NCBI RefSeq assembly: GCF_048593235.1 | Contig: NC_133617.1 | Span: 60,597,767-60,661,766, forward strand | From: Sminthopsis crassicaudata | Lineage: Eukaryota | DNA: 64,000 bases | Reading direction: 5' to 3' | Part shown: positions 63,228 through 64,000 of the stretch, in pieces | Numbering within the stretch: the first letter of the stretch is position 1 | How the letters are laid out: every line of letters starts with the position of its first letter | Made by a program: the position numbers and the translations under genes | Notes under the pieces: generated by a model | What the model saw: the letters and a program-made list of their open reading frames with translations, nothing else | Told to the model about the DNA's origin: nothing | The model's database searches: none

Positions 63228-63395
63228 TTCTGGCCTCTGAGGAAGAAGAGATGGTGGCTATGGAGCTGGCCTCACCCCCACTCCCAAAGAAGAGTCTTCC
63301 CCCAGGGCAGCTGGATCAAACTGCCAGCAGGTTGGGTAACAAGATGTCGCCAGAGATTCCCCACGGGAGCAAACAAGAACCCCCAGACCTCAAAG
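63228..63395 (+). CDS. WIZ: WIZ exon 6 (VLASEEEEMVAMELASPPLPKKS...HGSKQEPPDLK)
   Basis: ggacag|...|GTGAG; 168 nt, phase 1 to 1; resembles the recalled human MVAMDLGSPSLPKKS...HGSKQELQDLK. Confidence 0.9.
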
Positions 63396-63789
63396 GTGAG
63401 TTTCTTCGTCATCTGGGGCAGCTGAGGAGGGTATTGACTGGAGATTCTCTACTTCCTCATCCCCAACTTATGCACTTTGTTAGTGAGAGTGCCGTAGAGG
63501 TCGTTAGAGTCATTTGCTTTGGTAAATTCCCATGAGGATCAGTCATCCAGGGAGTTCTTTGTGAGGCCACCAGCCCTCTGCTTGGGAATTCTCTTTGCCA
63601 ATCAGAACCCATCTGAGAATTTGCTTCTATAGCCCTCTGGTCATCTACTCTGCTATTCTCATGTAAAGATGGCCTCATGGAAGGATACCTGAGGCCAGGC
63701 CTCAGAGGTGCCACCTTAGGTGTTTCTCTTCCCAGCGTGACCTCATGTGCCTGCCTGTTCTATGTCTCTGTGTCTCTCTTGATTTCCAG

Positions 63790-64000
63790 CTCAGAATCTG
63801 ACAACATGTGAGGTGTGTGGTGCTTGTTTTGAGACCCGAAAAGGCCTTTCCAGCCATGCGCGCTCCCACCTGCGTCAGCTAGGGGTGGCTGAGTCTGAAA
63901 GTAGCGGAGCCCCCATCGACCTGCTGTACGAGCTGATGAAACAGAAAGGAAAACCTGACAGCAGCCCCCTGCCCCTACCCCTGGCCAAGAAATCGGGCTC
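63790..64000 (+). CDS. WIZ: WIZ exon 7, partial (AQNLTTCEVCGACFETRKGLSSHARSHLRQLGVAESESSGAPIDLLYEL...)
   Basis: ttccag acceptor at 63789, phase 1; zinc finger; runs off the window. Confidence 0.96.

Overview
Marsupial genomic DNA, most likely a dasyurid such as the Tasmanian devil (inferred from WSINE1/Mar1-type SINEs, marsupial L1 3' ends and an OC1-type hAT MITE), with four N gaps. It holds two + strand genes in the order known from the therian RASAL3-WIZ locus. (1) A complete RASAL3 Ras GTPase-activating protein gene: one non-coding exon plus 17 coding exons that I spliced by hand into a phase-consistent 2988-nt CDS (995 aa + stop, 6874-24568). (2) The 5' part of WIZ (widely interspaced zinc finger, G9a/GLP partner): a CpG-island promoter at about 31.2 kb, coding exons 2-7 with exon 7 running off the window, and a second internal CpG-island promoter at about 60.7-61.5 kb. 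The rest is TE-rich intron (L1, L2, L3/CR1, MIR, marsupial SINEs, a solo LTR, hAT MITEs). The most unusual observations are: a decayed, gap-free copy of part of WIZ exon 4 inside intron 4; an OC1-like MITE nested in a solo LTR with an intact TSD; two ~32-bp minisatellite arrays whose monomer looks like the MIR/L3 tail; a ~305-bp, ~97%-identical local duplication; and uORFs in the WIZ leader. I see no prokaryote-type system such as CRISPR or an operon. Gene and repeat-family names come from recalled sequences, not database searches.
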